DNA of 64,000 bases from a plasmid: the sequence record NZ_CP018188.1. One strand, given 5' to 3'. Shown here in pieces: positions 29,256-38,325 of the stretch; position 1 is the stretch's first letter, and each line of letters opens with the position of its first letter. The notes under the pieces are model-generated. The model had not been told where the DNA came from, made no database searches, and worked only from the letters and a program-made list of their open reading frames with translations. The position numbers and the translations under genes are program-made.

Positions 29256-31028
29256 ATGCGTAATGATATTCAGCCAAGTCTACAAACAGTAGAACAATAT
29301 TTTTCTAAATCTGAATTTTATATTCCTAGCTACCAGAGACCGTATGCGTGGCAGGTGGCACAATGTGATCAGTTAATTGAAGACATCAATCAGCATATGG
29401 AAAACTTCGATAAAGATTCACAGGACAATTACTTCTTTGGAGCAGTACTGATTGCCCAAGAATCTGGTGAGGATCATGATGTTACACTAATTGATGGTCA
29501 ACAAAGAACAACTACCTTTATGTTGTTATTAAAAGCGTTGTTACTTAAAATTGAGAGTGAATTAGCTATCCAACCTCAAGACGATGCAGATGGTAGACGA
29601 CTTATTAAGAGACTGAACGGATTAAAAGAACAAATTGCATCATTGCTGTTTAATATGTCTGAGGATGAACTAGATGATTTTGTTGATGGGCTATCATTCC
29701 CAACTGTTGAAATGATAAAGTACATTAATGATTCCATCTCAGAAAAATACGCTTTTGACATGCAGGCAATTCTACTTGGACGCAATTTTGAAGAAATAAA
29801 ACAGAATGTTCATCAAATATACCGTCGCCAAAAAGATAATCGCTATACGAACTTCTACAAAAATTTCCGATATTTCTACAATACTTGCAAAGAATTGAGT
29901 GTTATTAATTGCATTAATTTTGCTAATCATTTTATAAAAAATTGCCAAGTCATCACCATTACAAGTTTTAATACTGACCAAGCTATTAATATTTTTAACT
30001 CTTTAAATGGTACTGGTGTACCCTTGACTCCAATTGAAGTCATTGTTTCCAAAACAACTGCTAGTGCTGCAGATAGAAAAACATTTGAAAATAATTGGCA
30101 GGAGATAGTAGAATGGGCTGACAAGTCAAATCTTGATTTGAATACGTTGATGACACATTATATTTTCACTAAGCTATCGCAACAAAATGGTACAGACAGA
30201 AGGAATCCCGGAATACGCGCATTCTTTAATAAGAATAAGGAACTTCTTAATGATGATGTTGTCTTTACAGATGATTTGAAAAAGATACTCCATACTTATT
30301 TGCTTACATCAGAAACTTCGATTGGTAGAGTAGTCAGTCAGCTTAATGGTAATTTAAGGCCATTTGTGAGTAGCTATCTATTTTTCCGAGATGATAAGAG
30401 ATATATTGAGTACCTGATGCGAATTGGTATCTTAATTGAATTATCAGAGTTATCATACAGTCATGGATTATTCAAAGGCTTTCTTGAGGAAATCAATTTG
30501 TTGTATAGTCAAGTCGATATATTTTCAACAGAGTCATTGATTGATAAGGTTCGAGAGCATATACGTTTGAATTTTGAATATGAAAATGTTAAACAAACAC
30601 TTTTAGAGAGTGGAGTCTCAAATGCTCTTATTTATGTGAATGAGTACCTATTTGCAACCGAACATGCTATAAATCTAAAGCTTGACGGAAATATAGACAT
30701 CGAACATATTATGCCAAAAAGTGGGATTAACAGAGAGCACATCATGCATGATATAGGTGTCGATGATCCGGATGAATTTCGTGAATATGCTGAGAAGTTA
30801 GGAAACAAGATTTTACTTGAAGCAGAAATAAATCGTGGTATTGGAGATGCCTGGTTTAGAACTAAGAAGGAAAATCATATCTCTAAGGGTAATGGATATA
30901 TTGGTAGTAAGTTTCCAATAGCTCAGTCTCTCGTAACGTATACCAAAGATACTTGGACTAAAGAGGATATTGATTTAGCTACAGAGAAAGCAGCAAAACG
31001 AATAGCAGACTTTGTTTTTGAGCTATAA
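29256..31028 (+). CDS. GmrSD-like type IV (modification-dependent) restriction endonuclease, DUF262 + DUF1524
   Basis: N-terminal DUF262/ParB-like motif DGQQRTTT and C-terminal His-Me finger region (IDIEHIMPKS ...). The fused DUF262+DUF1524 architecture is established for GmrSD/SspE-like enzymes. Confidence 0.7.
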   Translation: MRNDIQPSLQTVEQYFSKSEFYIPSYQRPYAWQVAQCDQLIEDINQHMENFDKDSQDNYFFGAVLIAQESGEDHDVTLIDGQQRTTTFMLLLKALLLKIESELAIQPQDDADGRRLIKRLNGLKEQIASLLFNMSEDELDDFVDGLSFPTVEMIKYINDSISEKYAFDMQAILLGRNFEEIKQNVHQIYRRQKDNRYTNFYKNFRYFYNTCKELSVINCINFANHFIKNCQVITITSFNTDQAINIFNSLNGTGVPLTPIEVIVSKTTASAADRKTFENNWQEIVEWADKSNLDLNTLMTHYIFTKLSQQNGTDRRNPGIRAFFNKNKELLNDDVVFTDDLKKILHTYLLTSETSIGRVVSQLNGNLRPFVSSYLFFRDDKRYIEYLMRIGILIELSELSYSHGLFKGFLEEINLLYSQVDIFSTESLIDKVREHIRLNFEYENVKQTLLESGVSNALIYVNEYLFATEHAINLKLDGNIDIEHIMPKSGINREHIMHDIGVDDPDEFREYAEKLGNKILLEAEINRGIGDAWFRTKKENHISKGNGYIGSKFPIAQSLVTYTKDTWTKEDIDLATEKAAKRIADFVFEL

Positions 31029-31106
31029 TTTTTAGTTCTAGTTATCCGAGAAAAGGATAATATTATTGTGTCAATAAAGTGATTACTTATAGAAAGTAGT
31101 AGTAAT

Positions 31107-31958
31107 ATGAGAATTAATATTGTTGAGAAAAATGAGGTAAAATTCTATGGTATAGAAAATCATGCGTCAGAATCAAGTGACTTTACCTCTTTTTGGAAAA
31201 ACTATTATAAGTATGTCGCTGCTGATTATAACGCACCAGTTGGATATATTTCGGCTCCAGATGAACATGGTGATTTTACATATTATACATGTATTGGTCA
31301 TGTTCCTAAAAACTCTGATAGGTTTAAAGAAGTAATCCTTCCAAGTGGCAATTATGCTATCATTGAACTAATAGGCTCTGTCGAAAAAACAATTCCTAAA
31401 GCATGGGAGTTTGCTAAGGAGAATTTTGTAATAAAAAATAGTCCTAGTCTTGAAGTCTATAGTGTTGGGGATAGATTAAACAAGAAGTATCGTATGGAAC
31501 TCTGGATTCCTATTTCGGAAGTGTTACCAAACTTTAAGAAGAACACCAGTAAAATCGGTACTTTGAAAAGGAAGGTATCAGATTCAATTGAAGATACTAT
31601 TGAATTTTCAAAGACTGATAATGGGAAAAAATTCCTAAAAGTTGGAGGAGCTATCCTTACGGTAGGTGCAGCAGCATTATTACTAGCTAAACAATTAGGT
31701 CATGACGCAAATAATGAGGAAGTCAGTGACAGTCAAAGTGATGAAAATATTTCCATTTCCGAAGTTACTGACAACGATGGTTCCAATTCTGAAGTTACTG
31801 ACAACGATGATTCTAATTTGGTTGTGACACATGACTATCCAGATGTAAGAAAGTCTCCAATAGTACATACTGTCCATAGAGGGGAAACAACTTTTATTCG
31901 TGGTGGCACAGATGAAGAGAAACAAAGATTTAGAGAAGAGAATAATTTGGATTTCTAA
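31107..31958 (+). CDS. GyrI-like (AraC effector-binding fold) domain protein with C-terminal TM segment and acidic repeat tail
   Basis: The N-terminal 150 aa pattern is typical of GyrI-like small-molecule-binding domains. It contains a TM helix (VGGAILTVGAAALLLA) and the 2x30-bp tandem repeat SEVTDNDGSN/SEVTDNDDSN (31770-31829). Confidence 0.45.
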   Translation: MRINIVEKNEVKFYGIENHASESSDFTSFWKNYYKYVAADYNAPVGYISAPDEHGDFTYYTCIGHVPKNSDRFKEVILPSGNYAIIELIGSVEKTIPKAWEFAKENFVIKNSPSLEVYSVGDRLNKKYRMELWIPISEVLPNFKKNTSKIGTLKRKVSDSIEDTIEFSKTDNGKKFLKVGGAILTVGAAALLLAKQLGHDANNEEVSDSQSDENISISEVTDNDGSNSEVTDNDDSNLVVTHDYPDVRKSPIVHTVHRGETTFIRGGTDEEKQRFREENNLDF

Positions 31959-31990
31959 CACAACGGTTCTAGTAAATACGTTGTGTTAGA
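31954..31990 (+). terminator. Long perfect hairpin at the 3' end of the GyrI-like gene
   Basis: TCTAACACAACG ... CGTTGTGTTAGA is a 12-bp perfect stem. A T-run lies about 15 nt downstream. Confidence 0.45.
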
Positions 31991-32189
31991 AATATAGTTT
32001 CTTTGAATTTTTTTTGGTGTTTTTCTGACATTTGGACATCTTATTTGGTTAGATGATATCCTACACAAAATGTGTCAATGATATCATACTGACATCAAGA
32101 TAATTATAGGAGATTGAAAAGAAATAAAAAAACTGAAATAAAGGGTCCTCTGAGCTTCGCATACAAGACCTGTTATGATATACTTATAT

Positions 32190-32400
32190 CAAGGTTAAGG
32201 AATGAGGTTTCTCCCCTCGCCTTAACCCGACCATTGTTGTTGTAAGGTTAGACGAGATTTCTCCTCTCGCATCTAACATAATCTATTAAGTTCTATTAGT
32301 TATGAATCAGGGACCTCCCCCAAAGCATAACTATCCTTTCTGTTTTTAGTGTTATGAGGTTTCTCCCCTCGCTGTTAAACTAAAAATAGTCATTGTTTTT
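32190..32400. repeat. Four degenerate ~50-bp tandem units, each with a conserved core and flanking short inverted repeats
   Basis: Core GAGGTTTCTCCCCTCGC occurs at 32204 and 32356, GAGATTTCTCCTCTCGC at 32254, and a degenerate GGGACCTCCCCCAAAGC at 32310. Unit 1 is flanked by GGTTAAGG/CCTTAACC and unit 2 by GTTAGA/TCTAAC. Confidence 0.5.
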
Positions 32401-32739
32401 CTTCTCCAGAGAAATTTCTCTTGGGAAGAGAGGTAGTCCATTAAGGGCTGCCTCTTTTTTGTTGTCAACAGAAACTTATTTTGAATAGAAAAAACCATCG
32501 GAACTACAGGAAGTCCCAATGGTTACAACAACAATATTTTCAAAAAACAATGACGTTTCAAGAAAAAGAAGATATGGAGAAGAAGGAGAAAAGCAACCTC
32601 TCCATAAAATTCCCCGAAGGGAAAAACAATGACTGTGTTTAGTAGTACTCCTAAACACATTTTTAGTATAGCTTATTGATAGGGTTATTTCAATGCTAGG
32701 AAACCAGAATAAGCTCGAAAGTCAACCTATGTCACTAGG

Positions 32740-33873
32740 TTGCGACACCAATATAAAATAGCCTATCATGGCTTCATGGTAGAATTTAAAGATTATGAAA
32801 ATACACAAGGGCTCGAAGAGCTAGAAGGTTGGCGGTATTTTCCGATTAGAGCAGCAAATAGGATTAAGTCCTTCTGGGAGAGCAACAGCGTTCTCTCTTA
32901 CTTGAGGCGACATCGGTTAAAACGAACGATGATTATTAGTTATGCATTACTGGGAACAATGGTATGGACAGCTACATCTGCTTATTTCTCTCCAACCCGA
33001 GTTACTTACTTAGAGTCACAACTGCAGGCAACACAATCATTTGGTAATGGCCTTGGAAGTATCACAGCAACTTCTATGACTTACTCTTCGTCAAATGGAT
33101 TAGTCGTTATGGAATTGACAACATCAGATGCTACGAGTGCTATCAAAAAAGGGATTAATACTGAAAATCTTGATTGGCAGGTTTTCTTGCCAAGTAGTGT
33201 TAAGAATCCTGAAGCAGTGACCTTAGAAGTCATTCCGTTAACCGGAGATAAGGTGTATCTAGTCATGCGTAATGTGCCTTCAGATTATACGCTCATGGTT
33301 ATTCGTGCGACAAATAAGACACCGAACTCAAACAGTCTCAAGATTGACGTTCAAGAATACAATGATTACTTATCATCTAGTTCTAATGACGCTTCAGTCT
33401 CTAAGCAGAATAAACAAAAAGATAAGGAAGGGAATAAGAACTATGTTGATTTCTTTGTAACTCCTCAAAATGAACTCTTAAAAAACAAATATGTCAAGAA
33501 TTTGTCTCGTGAGAAGTTTGCCCTCAATATTTTTGAAGAGGAGTTGAAATATCAAAAAGATCAACGAAAAGAACTCTTGGCTTCTGCAAAAACACTTGAT
33601 GACAGTGTCAAGGAAGATACTAAGACATTGGAGCAGTTGAAGCGTGAGTCAGAATACTTGGTCGGTAACGAGTTAACCGATAAGCAGAGTGATATGGAAG
33701 CAATCGAGAAAAGTATGGACTCTAAAGAGAAGGACGGAGCGAAAGCGCGTGAAAATGCTGCTTATGTTCAGACAATCATTGAACAGATTGAAAAAAATAT
33801 CAAAGCAGTTAAGAATGGTACTTACAAGTTTAATTCACCAGTACGCTCAGTAAAACAAGATATTGGGGAATAA
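32740..33873 (+). CDS. Hypothetical bitopic membrane protein with extracellular domain and C-terminal coiled coil (first gene of the T4SS-like block)
   Basis: A single TM helix (MIISYALLGTMVWTATSAYF) is followed by a K/E-rich coiled-coil C-terminus. The start is ambiguous (TTG 32740 or ATG 32776). Confidence 0.4.
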   Translation: MRHQYKIAYHGFMVEFKDYENTQGLEELEGWRYFPIRAANRIKSFWESNSVLSYLRRHRLKRTMIISYALLGTMVWTATSAYFSPTRVTYLESQLQATQSFGNGLGSITATSMTYSSSNGLVVMELTTSDATSAIKKGINTENLDWQVFLPSSVKNPEAVTLEVIPLTGDKVYLVMRNVPSDYTLMVIRATNKTPNSNSLKIDVQEYNDYLSSSSNDASVSKQNKQKDKEGNKNYVDFFVTPQNELLKNKYVKNLSREKFALNIFEEELKYQKDQRKELLASAKTLDDSVKEDTKTLEQLKRESEYLVGNELTDKQSDMEAIEKSMDSKEKDGAKARENAAYVQTIIEQIEKNIKAVKNGTYKFNSPVRSVKQDIGE

Positions 33874-33908
33874 ATATAAAAAGGAAAGAAAGGACTTTAT
33901 TAACGATT

Positions 33909-34307
33909 ATGACAATTGACGAACAACGCTATTTACTTAACCAGGACTGCCTATTGATGAAATATCAGCGAGGTAACGCTATGAATGAACCCCTTCAAAT
34001 TTTTAGAGGGAAATGGGCAGACGGTTTAGAACGCCTACATCAAATCATTGATAAAGAAGTTGGTTGGAAGAACTTTCGTAGTTTTGTCTCAAGTAACGTA
34101 CATCATGACTCTGAAACATCCATTGAGGTAGTTAAGACACACTTAAACCAATGCCGTACTGAATGTACGGACCTTTTGGATATTGATTTTGGAGAGAAAG
34201 GTTCTATTTGTATTCAGAGGGATCAAGTGGAGCTTTTGACTGAGAAATTCCGTTATTTCCTTTATTTTGAAAGTAATATTCAACCAATGATGGATATTGA
34301 CTTCTAG
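33909..34307 (+). CDS. Hypothetical protein (132 aa)
   Basis: ORF with consistent codon usage inside the operon. No recognisable motif. Confidence 0.4.
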   Translation: MTIDEQRYLLNQDCLLMKYQRGNAMNEPLQIFRGKWADGLERLHQIIDKEVGWKNFRSFVSSNVHHDSETSIEVVKTHLNQCRTECTDLLDIDFGEKGSICIQRDQVELLTEKFRYFLYFESNIQPMMDIDF

Positions 34308-34317
34308 GAGGTACTGG

Positions 34318-34719
34318 ATGAATCAAGAAGAAAACCAACAACAAGAGGGGAACTGGGGACTGCCTCGTGGTCTTTACACGCAGGTAAAGTACTACGGTGT
34401 TCCGGTAATGAAAGCCTTCATTATAGTAGGGAGTTTTGTTTTTCCGCTACAATTCAGGGATATATTTTTCCCTAGAGGGCAGGAGTTGAAGTTCCTAATC
34501 AATTTACTCTGTACAATGACTTTAACGATTTATTGGATGATCCCTTCTTCGTCTGGTGGAAATAAGTTCTGGGAATTTATTCATGCTCACCGTCGGACAA
34601 AGAAACGTTATTATCCAATTGATAAGAACTGTTACCCAGAGTTGAGAGATGATGGCTCGAAAAACCGTCGCTACTTAATGGATAAGGCTGCAGAACGTTT
34701 AGGAAGGAAGTATAAATAG
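34318..34719 (+). CDS. Small two-TM membrane protein (possible VirB3-like component)
   Basis: GGAGG RBS before ATG 34318. Two hydrophobic helices. Its size and topology resemble the VirB3/PrgI-like proteins of Gram-positive T4SS. Confidence 0.35.
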   Translation: MNQEENQQQEGNWGLPRGLYTQVKYYGVPVMKAFIIVGSFVFPLQFRDIFFPRGQELKFLINLLCTMTLTIYWMIPSSSGGNKFWEFIHAHRRTKKRYYPIDKNCYPELRDDGSKNRRYLMDKAAERLGRKYK

Positions 34720-36663
34720 ATGAAGGAGAGGACTAACCATAATCTTAGTAAGACTCCTTATATTGACAAATACACAACAGACCTTACTGAGAAAATCAGA
34801 CCCAAGCGTCAAGATTTTGTGGCTTGGGGTAGACAAGATGAAATCAGACAAGTCTTTATCTCACTGAATCGATTAGAAAAAAACTCTCCTGTACTAATTG
34901 GTGAAGCTGGTGTAGGTAAAACAGCTATTGTAGAAGGAATTTGTGCGGATATTCTTAACAATAAAGCCCACGTCCCAACACGTTTCCAAGGTAAGCAGGT
35001 TAAGCAACTAGAATTATCTGCTATCCAAGGGAAAGAATTTGACCATACAGGTAAAGAGGTGAACATCATTGCCAAAATGGACGGATTGATTAAAGAGTTT
35101 ATGGCTCATAAAGATGAGTTTATCCTCTTTATTGATGAAGTGCATACCATTATGGGTACTGGGGTTGAGGGAAGTGCTCTTGACGTCGCTAATAGCTTGA
35201 AACCAGCCTTATCTCGTGGGGAAATCTATCTTATTTCAGCCACTACAGCTGATGAGTTTATGATTATCGAACGAGATCCAGCGATGGAACGACGTCTGCA
35301 ACCAGTTTACGTTGATGAACTGGACAAAGAGGCATCTATTTTGGTCTTGAAAAAACGTCGTCCCAAGTATAAACGAGAACTTGATATTGAGATTCCTACT
35401 GATGCCATTAAGGCAGCAGTAGAATTATCTATTCGTTATGTCACGGATAAAATGCTTCCTGATAAAGCTATTGATATTATTGATGAAGCTTCAGCGACTG
35501 CAAATATTGATGGGAAATCAGAGATTACCTTAAGAGATATTGCGAATGTCATTCACCGTAAAAAAGGTATTCCAATGGAAAGTCTCCTACGCACGTCCTC
35601 AACTCCAGTGGATTTTGCGGAAGGGATGCGTGCTGTTGTTAAGGGGCAAGACCATGTGATTCGAACTATAGCACGCCTTATGTATAAAGGTATCCAGGGT
35701 GGGCAGAACAAGCGAAGACCTCTAGGAACTCTTCTTCTACTTGGAACAACAGGTACAGGTAAAACTGAATTGGCGAAACAAGCAGCAAAACAACTGTTTG
35801 GTAGTGAAGAAGCGATGATTCGGCTGGATATGTCAGAATACATGACTGATAATGCTGTTGTTCGTCTTATAGGAAATGACGAGCGAAAAGGTGATTTAAC
35901 TGAAAAAATTAAGAAGAATCCCTATTCGTTAGTACTATTGGACGAGTTAGAAAAGGCTCATCCAGATGTCTGGGCTTTATATTTGCAAATGCTTGATGAC
36001 GGGCATTTAACTGACGGACGTGGACGAAAAATCAATTTTAAGAATACGTTTATCATTGCGACATCAAACGTGGGGCATAAGCGAATCAAAGATAAATATA
36101 TCACTTCTGGTCAAACCTTTACAGAAATGAACAAGACTGACTATAAAGAGTTCATGAAGGACATGAGAGACGAGTTAATCAAGATCTTTAAACGTCCTGA
36201 ATTTATCAACCGCTGGAAAATTGAAGTGACTAATATCTTGACGAAACAAACCATTGATAAGATTGTCTATTCAAAAATGGCTGTACATGAGAGCAGTTGG
36301 TTTAAAGAGCATCATATCCTTATTAATTATGAGGATGTTATGGATGGTGACCAAACTATCGATGGCAAAAAATACTTCTATGAATATCTCAGTAGTGTCG
36401 GTGTTAGCCCAGAAGATGGAGCAAGGCCTTTAGAAAGAACTATTGATGAAGTGTTAACTGATGAAATCTTTGAGCAATTGTATTTCCTTGGGCGAAAGCC
36501 ACAAGATTACTTTATGGTTGATGTCTCACTATATGGACATGCACCAGGAACATTTGCGTATGGGAACTCAGGTAGAAAGACAGTTCAAGATAGGCGTCAG
36601 ACACATATTAGTGTCAAACGGATACCTCCAGAGGAGTATGCGAACTATTTGCTTACGTCTTAA
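34720..36663 (+). CDS. Clp/Hsp100-family double-AAA+ ATPase lacking N-domain and M-domain (ClpB/ClpV-like)
   Basis: D1 has Walker A GEAGVGKTA, Walker B FIDEVH, and LKPALSRGEIYLISATT ... ERRLQPV ... LPDKAIDIIDEA. D2 has GTTGTGKTELAK, LLDELEKAHPDVWALYLQMLDDGHLTDGRGRKINFKNTFIIATSNVG. Both modules align collinearly with ClpB D1 and D2. No coiled-coil middle domain is present. Confidence 0.8.
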   Translation: MKERTNHNLSKTPYIDKYTTDLTEKIRPKRQDFVAWGRQDEIRQVFISLNRLEKNSPVLIGEAGVGKTAIVEGICADILNNKAHVPTRFQGKQVKQLELSAIQGKEFDHTGKEVNIIAKMDGLIKEFMAHKDEFILFIDEVHTIMGTGVEGSALDVANSLKPALSRGEIYLISATTADEFMIIERDPAMERRLQPVYVDELDKEASILVLKKRRPKYKRELDIEIPTDAIKAAVELSIRYVTDKMLPDKAIDIIDEASATANIDGKSEITLRDIANVIHRKKGIPMESLLRTSSTPVDFAEGMRAVVKGQDHVIRTIARLMYKGIQGGQNKRRPLGTLLLLGTTGTGKTELAKQAAKQLFGSEEAMIRLDMSEYMTDNAVVRLIGNDERKGDLTEKIKKNPYSLVLLDELEKAHPDVWALYLQMLDDGHLTDGRGRKINFKNTFIIATSNVGHKRIKDKYITSGQTFTEMNKTDYKEFMKDMRDELIKIFKRPEFINRWKIEVTNILTKQTIDKIVYSKMAVHESSWFKEHHILINYEDVMDGDQTIDGKKYFYEYLSSVGVSPEDGARPLERTIDEVLTDEIFEQLYFLGRKPQDYFMVDVSLYGHAPGTFAYGNSGRKTVQDRRQTHISVKRIPPEEYANYLLTS

Positions 36664-36736
36664 GGGGTGTCACTAGGTTGTGACTCATAGATGGAATATT
36701 GTAGACTACAACTATTAAAATTTTAAGGAGACTGTT

Positions 36737-37087
36737 TTGAAAGAAAACACATTTTTGAACAACGTGAAGGCAAAGGCATCAACATTAGGAATGACTGCTT
36801 TATTGACGTTAAACTCTGTATCCCTTGCTTTTGCGGAGCAAACTGGAGGAAATGGGACTGTTAACCCAGCTAATGAAGCTAATAACTGGATTAATAACTT
36901 TACAGATATGCTACGTCTCTTATTCCCGGGGATAGCAGTACTAAGTGGTTTAGGGGCATGTATCTTGATGATGATGGGTGATAAGAAACGATCAGTAGCC
37001 CTTGACCGACTTATGTGGATTGCAATCGCACTATGTGCCGGTTCAGCACTCGTTTCATTTGTTGATTATCTTTGGCAACCCAAATAA
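36737..37087 (+). CDS. VirB2/TrbC-like pilin candidate
   Basis: AAGGAG RBS with TTG start. A long signal peptide ends ..SLAFA|EQ, followed by two hydrophobic helices. The size (116 aa) is typical. Confidence 0.4.
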   Translation: MKENTFLNNVKAKASTLGMTALLTLNSVSLAFAEQTGGNGTVNPANEANNWINNFTDMLRLLFPGIAVLSGLGACILMMMGDKKRSVALDRLMWIAIALCAGSALVSFVDYLWQPK

Positions 37088-37107
37088 GTCTTTAAGAGGT
37101 ATACTTT

Positions 37108-38322
37108 ATGGAAAAAGAATTACTTACCATAAAGGGGAATCGCAAGGTATTGTTTCCGGATGCCTTGTTTCTTTATATCGAGTGGAAAGGAAATGCAAAT
37201 CCTAAAAAGGATGAAGAGTTAGCGGATATCATTGATGACTTAGATACTGAATATTTTCCTAGTAATAAAAAGGAAAGTATCGCACAAAGTCTCCCATTCC
37301 TAACTTTTAAACAAGCGGAATTACTTTTTCGAGAAATCAAAAAGCGTTATTCTCAGTTTACCTTGAAGGGAATTGCTCTTGCTAGTCAACCGATGGAACA
37401 AGATGGTCGTGTGACACGGCCAACTACGGGAGTCCCTAGTATTGAAGGACAACCTCAGATTACCCCTTTTGTTATTACGAAAGATTATAAGGAACTTGTT
37501 ACCCCACTCATCGAAGAAGCACACCGTGATAAACGGTTTGAGAAGACAACATATGAAGGTATCTCTAACTTTTTCAGTGGTCCAATGGGGTTACTTCCAT
37601 GTTATGCTGAAAGTCTAGGCTTGTCTCTAGTTGATATGCCACCTTATCCAAAACCAGGAACGATTGAAGGAGAACTTCCAAATCGTCTTATGTCGAATAA
37701 AGATAAGCATAAACAGTCAGTTGCTGGAGCCAAGAAACGGAAGGAGAAGACAGGCAGAGTGTATGAAGATGAGGAAGTAGGACCACCAAGTAAGTTGCCA
37801 TTGATTTTGGCTATTGGCTCTTGTACCTTGTCGGTATTCTTATTGTTGATGCTAATGGTCTATAATAGTAATTTCACGCGCGTGAAGAAAGAACTTGTAG
37901 CCACAACAGATAAGGTTGAGCGTCTTACAATGATACAAGATTATGAACATGAGATTGATGTCATGGCTCGTTATTTCTTGTCATACTATTATTCAGGAGA
38001 CAAGGATAAGCTTAAGGCTTACTTGGATAATAACGACGCTAAATTTACTAACCCAGAGGTAGCAACTGTTTCTAGCACAATGTTGGAGAAAGTTGAACTC
38101 GTTAAGAATGAGAAGGATACCTATGAGGTTACATATGTTGTTGGTACAACGGATGAGGCTCAAAAAACGACAGTTCGTCGTGTTACTTTCAATGTTAAGA
38201 AAAAACCATCAGCTACTCAAGGTTGGGTAGTTACATCTGAACCGACAACAACAGCATTTGCAACTCCAACATCTCCTTCAACTGAAACTTCAGCTGAAAA
38301 CACTGAAAACAGGGAGGGATAA
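37108..38322 (+). CDS. Bitopic membrane protein with C-terminal NTF2-like domain (VirB8/TcpC-like candidate)
   Basis: A cytoplasmic N-terminal half, one TM (LPLILAIGSCTLSVFLLLMLMVY) and a ~150-aa extracytoplasmic C-terminal domain. This matches VirB8-like topology. Confidence 0.4.
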   Translation: MEKELLTIKGNRKVLFPDALFLYIEWKGNANPKKDEELADIIDDLDTEYFPSNKKESIAQSLPFLTFKQAELLFREIKKRYSQFTLKGIALASQPMEQDGRVTRPTTGVPSIEGQPQITPFVITKDYKELVTPLIEEAHRDKRFEKTTYEGISNFFSGPMGLLPCYAESLGLSLVDMPPYPKPGTIEGELPNRLMSNKDKHKQSVAGAKKRKEKTGRVYEDEEVGPPSKLPLILAIGSCTLSVFLLLMLMVYNSNFTRVKKELVATTDKVERLTMIQDYEHEIDVMARYFLSYYYSGDKDKLKAYLDNNDAKFTNPEVATVSSTMLEKVELVKNEKDTYEVTYVVGTTDEAQKTTVRRVTFNVKKKPSATQGWVVTSEPTTTAFATPTSPSTETSAENTENREG

Positions 38323-38325
38323 CCT

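Noticed and set aside
32190-32400. Possible CRISPR array (short direct repeats with intervening unique sequence)
   Set aside because: Only 3-4 copies are present. The 17-bp core is too short. Spacing is irregular (50 and 102 bp) and the repeats are degenerate. No cas genes or leader-like sequence are present, so a tandem-repeat or iteron-like element is the better explanation.
34720-36663. Interpretation of the ClpB-like ATPase as ClpV of a type VI secretion system
   Set aside because: No sheath (TssB/C), Hcp, VgrG, baseplate or TssM/L homologues are present. The neighbouring genes are T4SS-like instead.
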